Below are positions 61,690 to 64,000 of a stretch of DNA of 64,000 nt, one piece after another. Location: NCBI GenBank assembly GCA_002633005.1, contig NMRA01001020.1, forward strand, positions 1 to 64,000. The letters are read 5' to 3'. Origin of the DNA: Phoronis australis. Its lineage: Eukaryota; Animalia; Phoronida. The translations under genes and the position numbers were made by a program. The first letter of the stretch is position 1. Each line of letters starts with the position of its first letter. Under the pieces are notes generated by a model. The model searched no databases. It saw nothing but the letters and a program-made list of their open reading frames with translations, and was not told where the DNA came from.

Positions 61690-62235
61690 TTTTTGAACAG
61701 TGAAAAGCACGAAAAACGATTCTGGACATCAAAAATGTAAACAGCAAAAGTGGTCTTGGAAGAAAAAGTGAAATAACTTTTTGAAATTTTCCCGTTCCGC
61801 GAGTTTGATGACGTCACAGCACACTCGGTCCGGCCGTTGACTGACCGGACCAAGTAAACCTGCAAGTAAAACTAAAGTGTATTGAGCCGTAAAAGTTGGT
61901 TGATAACTTTCTAGAGACATGTAGAAGATTTGAAGGTTTTGTTGGCGATGCTGGGTACATGTGAAATGAAATTAATTACTTTTCATTGACTTAAAGTATG
62001 TCGTCCGTATGTCAACCTGCGAGTTCGATGACGTCACAGAGCACTCGTCCGGCCTGGTACGAGACCGGACCACTAAGTAAACCTCCAAGGAATACTAAAG
62101 TGTATTGAGTCGTCGTGGAAAATGGTTGATAACTTTCCAAAGACACGTAGAAGGGACAATGGCTTTGTTGCGTCTGCTGGCTATATATCAAACGAAATAA
62201 ATAACTTTTCATTGGCGTTAAGTATGTTGTATCCA
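61690..62235. repeat. Diverged repeat of about 220-300 bp, two copies here and a third at about 57500-57825
   Basis: GATGACGTCACAG...GTAAACCT.CAAG...GGTTGATAACTTTC...GTAGAAG recurs at about 57613, 61807 and 62027. Confidence 0.8.
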
Positions 62236-62378
62236 ACAGTGGCCGGCGATATCAGCGACTGTTTTAAAACTCTGCTTACGGATACAAACAAGGATTAAAA
62301 TTGTCATAACACGTATATTTGTGAAGGGTGATATATGTCCATGACATCGCATGAGCAGTTGCAAACGGACATTGGGTA

Positions 62379-62526
62379 GTATGACAATCCACTGCTTATT
62401 ATGCTTATATTCACGACTTTAGGTCACCGGTGTATAGTATGACAATCCACTGCTTATTATGCTTATATTCACGACTTTAGGTCACCGGTGTATAGTATGA
62501 CAATCAACTGCTTATTATGCTTATAC
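62379..62526. repeat. 58-bp tandem repeat, about 2.5 copies
   Basis: AGTATGACAATCCACTGCTTATTATGCTTATATTCACGACTTTAGGTCACCGGTGTAT repeated. Confidence 0.9.
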
Positions 62527-62627
62527 CTATAGTTCTGCTCGTCACCTCGTCGTGAAACTTATAATCAACATGTAGAGGTAGCGAGCGGAGCAGGCGCATG
62601 CAAAATCTAGCCCGGGAATCAATCAAC

Positions 62628-62659
62628 CATAGACATCTTAATACAATGTGATGTCTATG
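62628..62659. mobile_element. 32-bp TIR-only remnant with 8-bp TSD (P-type excision footprint candidate)
   Basis: CAATCAAC|CATAGACATC-TTAATACAATGT-GATGTCTATG|CAATCAAC. Confidence 0.75.
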
Positions 62660-62739
62660 CAATCAACACTCACCTTGCAGGTTGCAGCCGCTTGAGTGAA
62701 AAACAATCTAATGAACGTCATTTGTTTGCCTAATGTAAC

Positions 62740-62823
62740 CACAGGCGCTTGGGTTTATCGCAAATGACGTCACTCAATAATATTATTGAGTGACGTCATT
62801 TGCGATAAACCCAAGCGCCTGTG
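62740..62823. mobile_element. 84-bp perfect palindromic element with 8-bp TSD
   Basis: AATGTAAC|CACAGGCGCTTGGG...CCCAAGCGCCTGTG|AATGTAAC; 42-bp arms and no spacer. Confidence 0.9.
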
Positions 62824-63548
62824 AATGTAACAAAAAAGTCTGTCGCACTCGTGACATGAGCACGCGCCCTGTCCTATAATTTTGCGACATCTTTCGGAAG
62901 ATGATGACTCAACTTCGCAGCAGCACGATTTGTTCTGAAATTCGATTCGCTGATATTAAAATACTAAAAACTTATGACGACTCATTTGAAATGAAACTAG
63001 TTCCGATAATTTGTTGTGCCTTGTACGCAACGTCGTAGAAGAGAAGAAGAGCTGACTGAACGGTTAAAAAATTAAGGAACTGGTCAATGTAAGCCGACCT
63101 AAAAGAACGCTTCTCAATTTTAGCAGCACAATTACGAGAGAATGACAATTTTTCCCGGTGGTCGAGCGCCGATAAATAATTTAGTTTACTCAAGGAAGAG
63201 TGTCGTTAATAACACTAATTCGGTGAAGATTTTATATGTTCAGTGTTTTACCCATGCACATCGGCGCCAAGCTGTATATTTAGCATACTGCTTTGCCGCA
63301 CAAAGGCTAGTTATGATGCTTCACCCGAGAACCAGAACGACCATTTTTTTCTTGACTAAAACGTCAAATTGGAGAAAACGATTTTCATTTTGTTCTAAAA
63401 CTTACGCAGTGGATAAAGTTACAATTATTTAGCTCAAAAGCGTGCAACGTGGTTGGTTTGTGGTTAAAACTCAAAAGCGTCGCGTGTTACAAAGCGAAGT
63501 GTACTGTAACGCACAAATATTTCGTTGGAGTAATCGGCACGAGATCTG

Positions 63549-63723
63549 CCTCCCGTTCAGTAACGCTAGGACCTCGCTAAAAAGCAAGACTTCGTGAGAT
63601 TACATGAGATATGGCCGTGTATTTTTCATAAGAGCACGCGACTTTGACTAGGTTTTAGGTAGGTCCTAGCGTAGGTCCTAGTGTAGGTCCTACCGTAGGT
63701 CCTAGCGTCTACTGAAAGCACGC
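63549..63723. mobile_element. CTAGGACCT-repeat MITE (copy 3), CTG TSD, expanded internal repeat
   Basis: Homologous to 5242-5392, with four TAGGTCCTA units instead of two. Confidence 0.8.
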
Positions 63724-64000
63724 CTGCATATGCATAAGTATATAGCTCCATTGTATGATCTGTGTAGGCCTACCGGTAACAAATCTTAACTTGTTTGTCA
63801 CTGCGGTTTCAATCCCCGGCGGTCATGTTCAGTCCTCGGGTCATGTTTTCTGGTGGGGCGGTCATGTTTTAAGGTGCGTCAGTCCCATTTTCTGGTGCGA
63901 TGGTCCCATTTGATCCCCGGAGTTCCTGTTTTGGGGGAGTCGGTCGACCGGCGGTCGTGTTGTTTCTCACCCGTGAACCAATGCCCACCGAATCTATGAC

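Overview
This is AT-rich eukaryotic DNA, most likely from a marine invertebrate (inferred from the F-type lectin and transposon repertoire), with a 990-N gap at 23063-24052. One host gene is supported: a minus-strand F-type lectin (fucolectin) gene with two tandem domains, each split over two phase-1 exons (49956-50159 + 47474-47698; 42476-42679 + 35642-35863). It arose by local duplication. The rest is mostly transposable elements: two Ty3/Gypsy retrotransposons, L1/Tx1 and older LINE fragments, and THAP-bearing DNA transposons (ISL2EU-like, Kolobok-like, P-like). There are also Academ and hAT remnants, many MITEs with readable target-site duplications (TSDs), Helentron-type modules and satellites. 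Two segmental duplications supply empty sites that confirm several insertion boundaries. The top finding is a 3-kb P-like element inside a lectin intron (36492-39491). It carries an intronless PHD-finger micro-gene followed by two replication-dependent-histone-type 3' stem-loops and a U7/HDE-like motif, a histone-mRNA 3' end on a non-histone transposon cargo gene. A 32-bp P-type excision-footprint candidate lies at 62628-62659. All family calls come from motifs read by eye; no searches were run.
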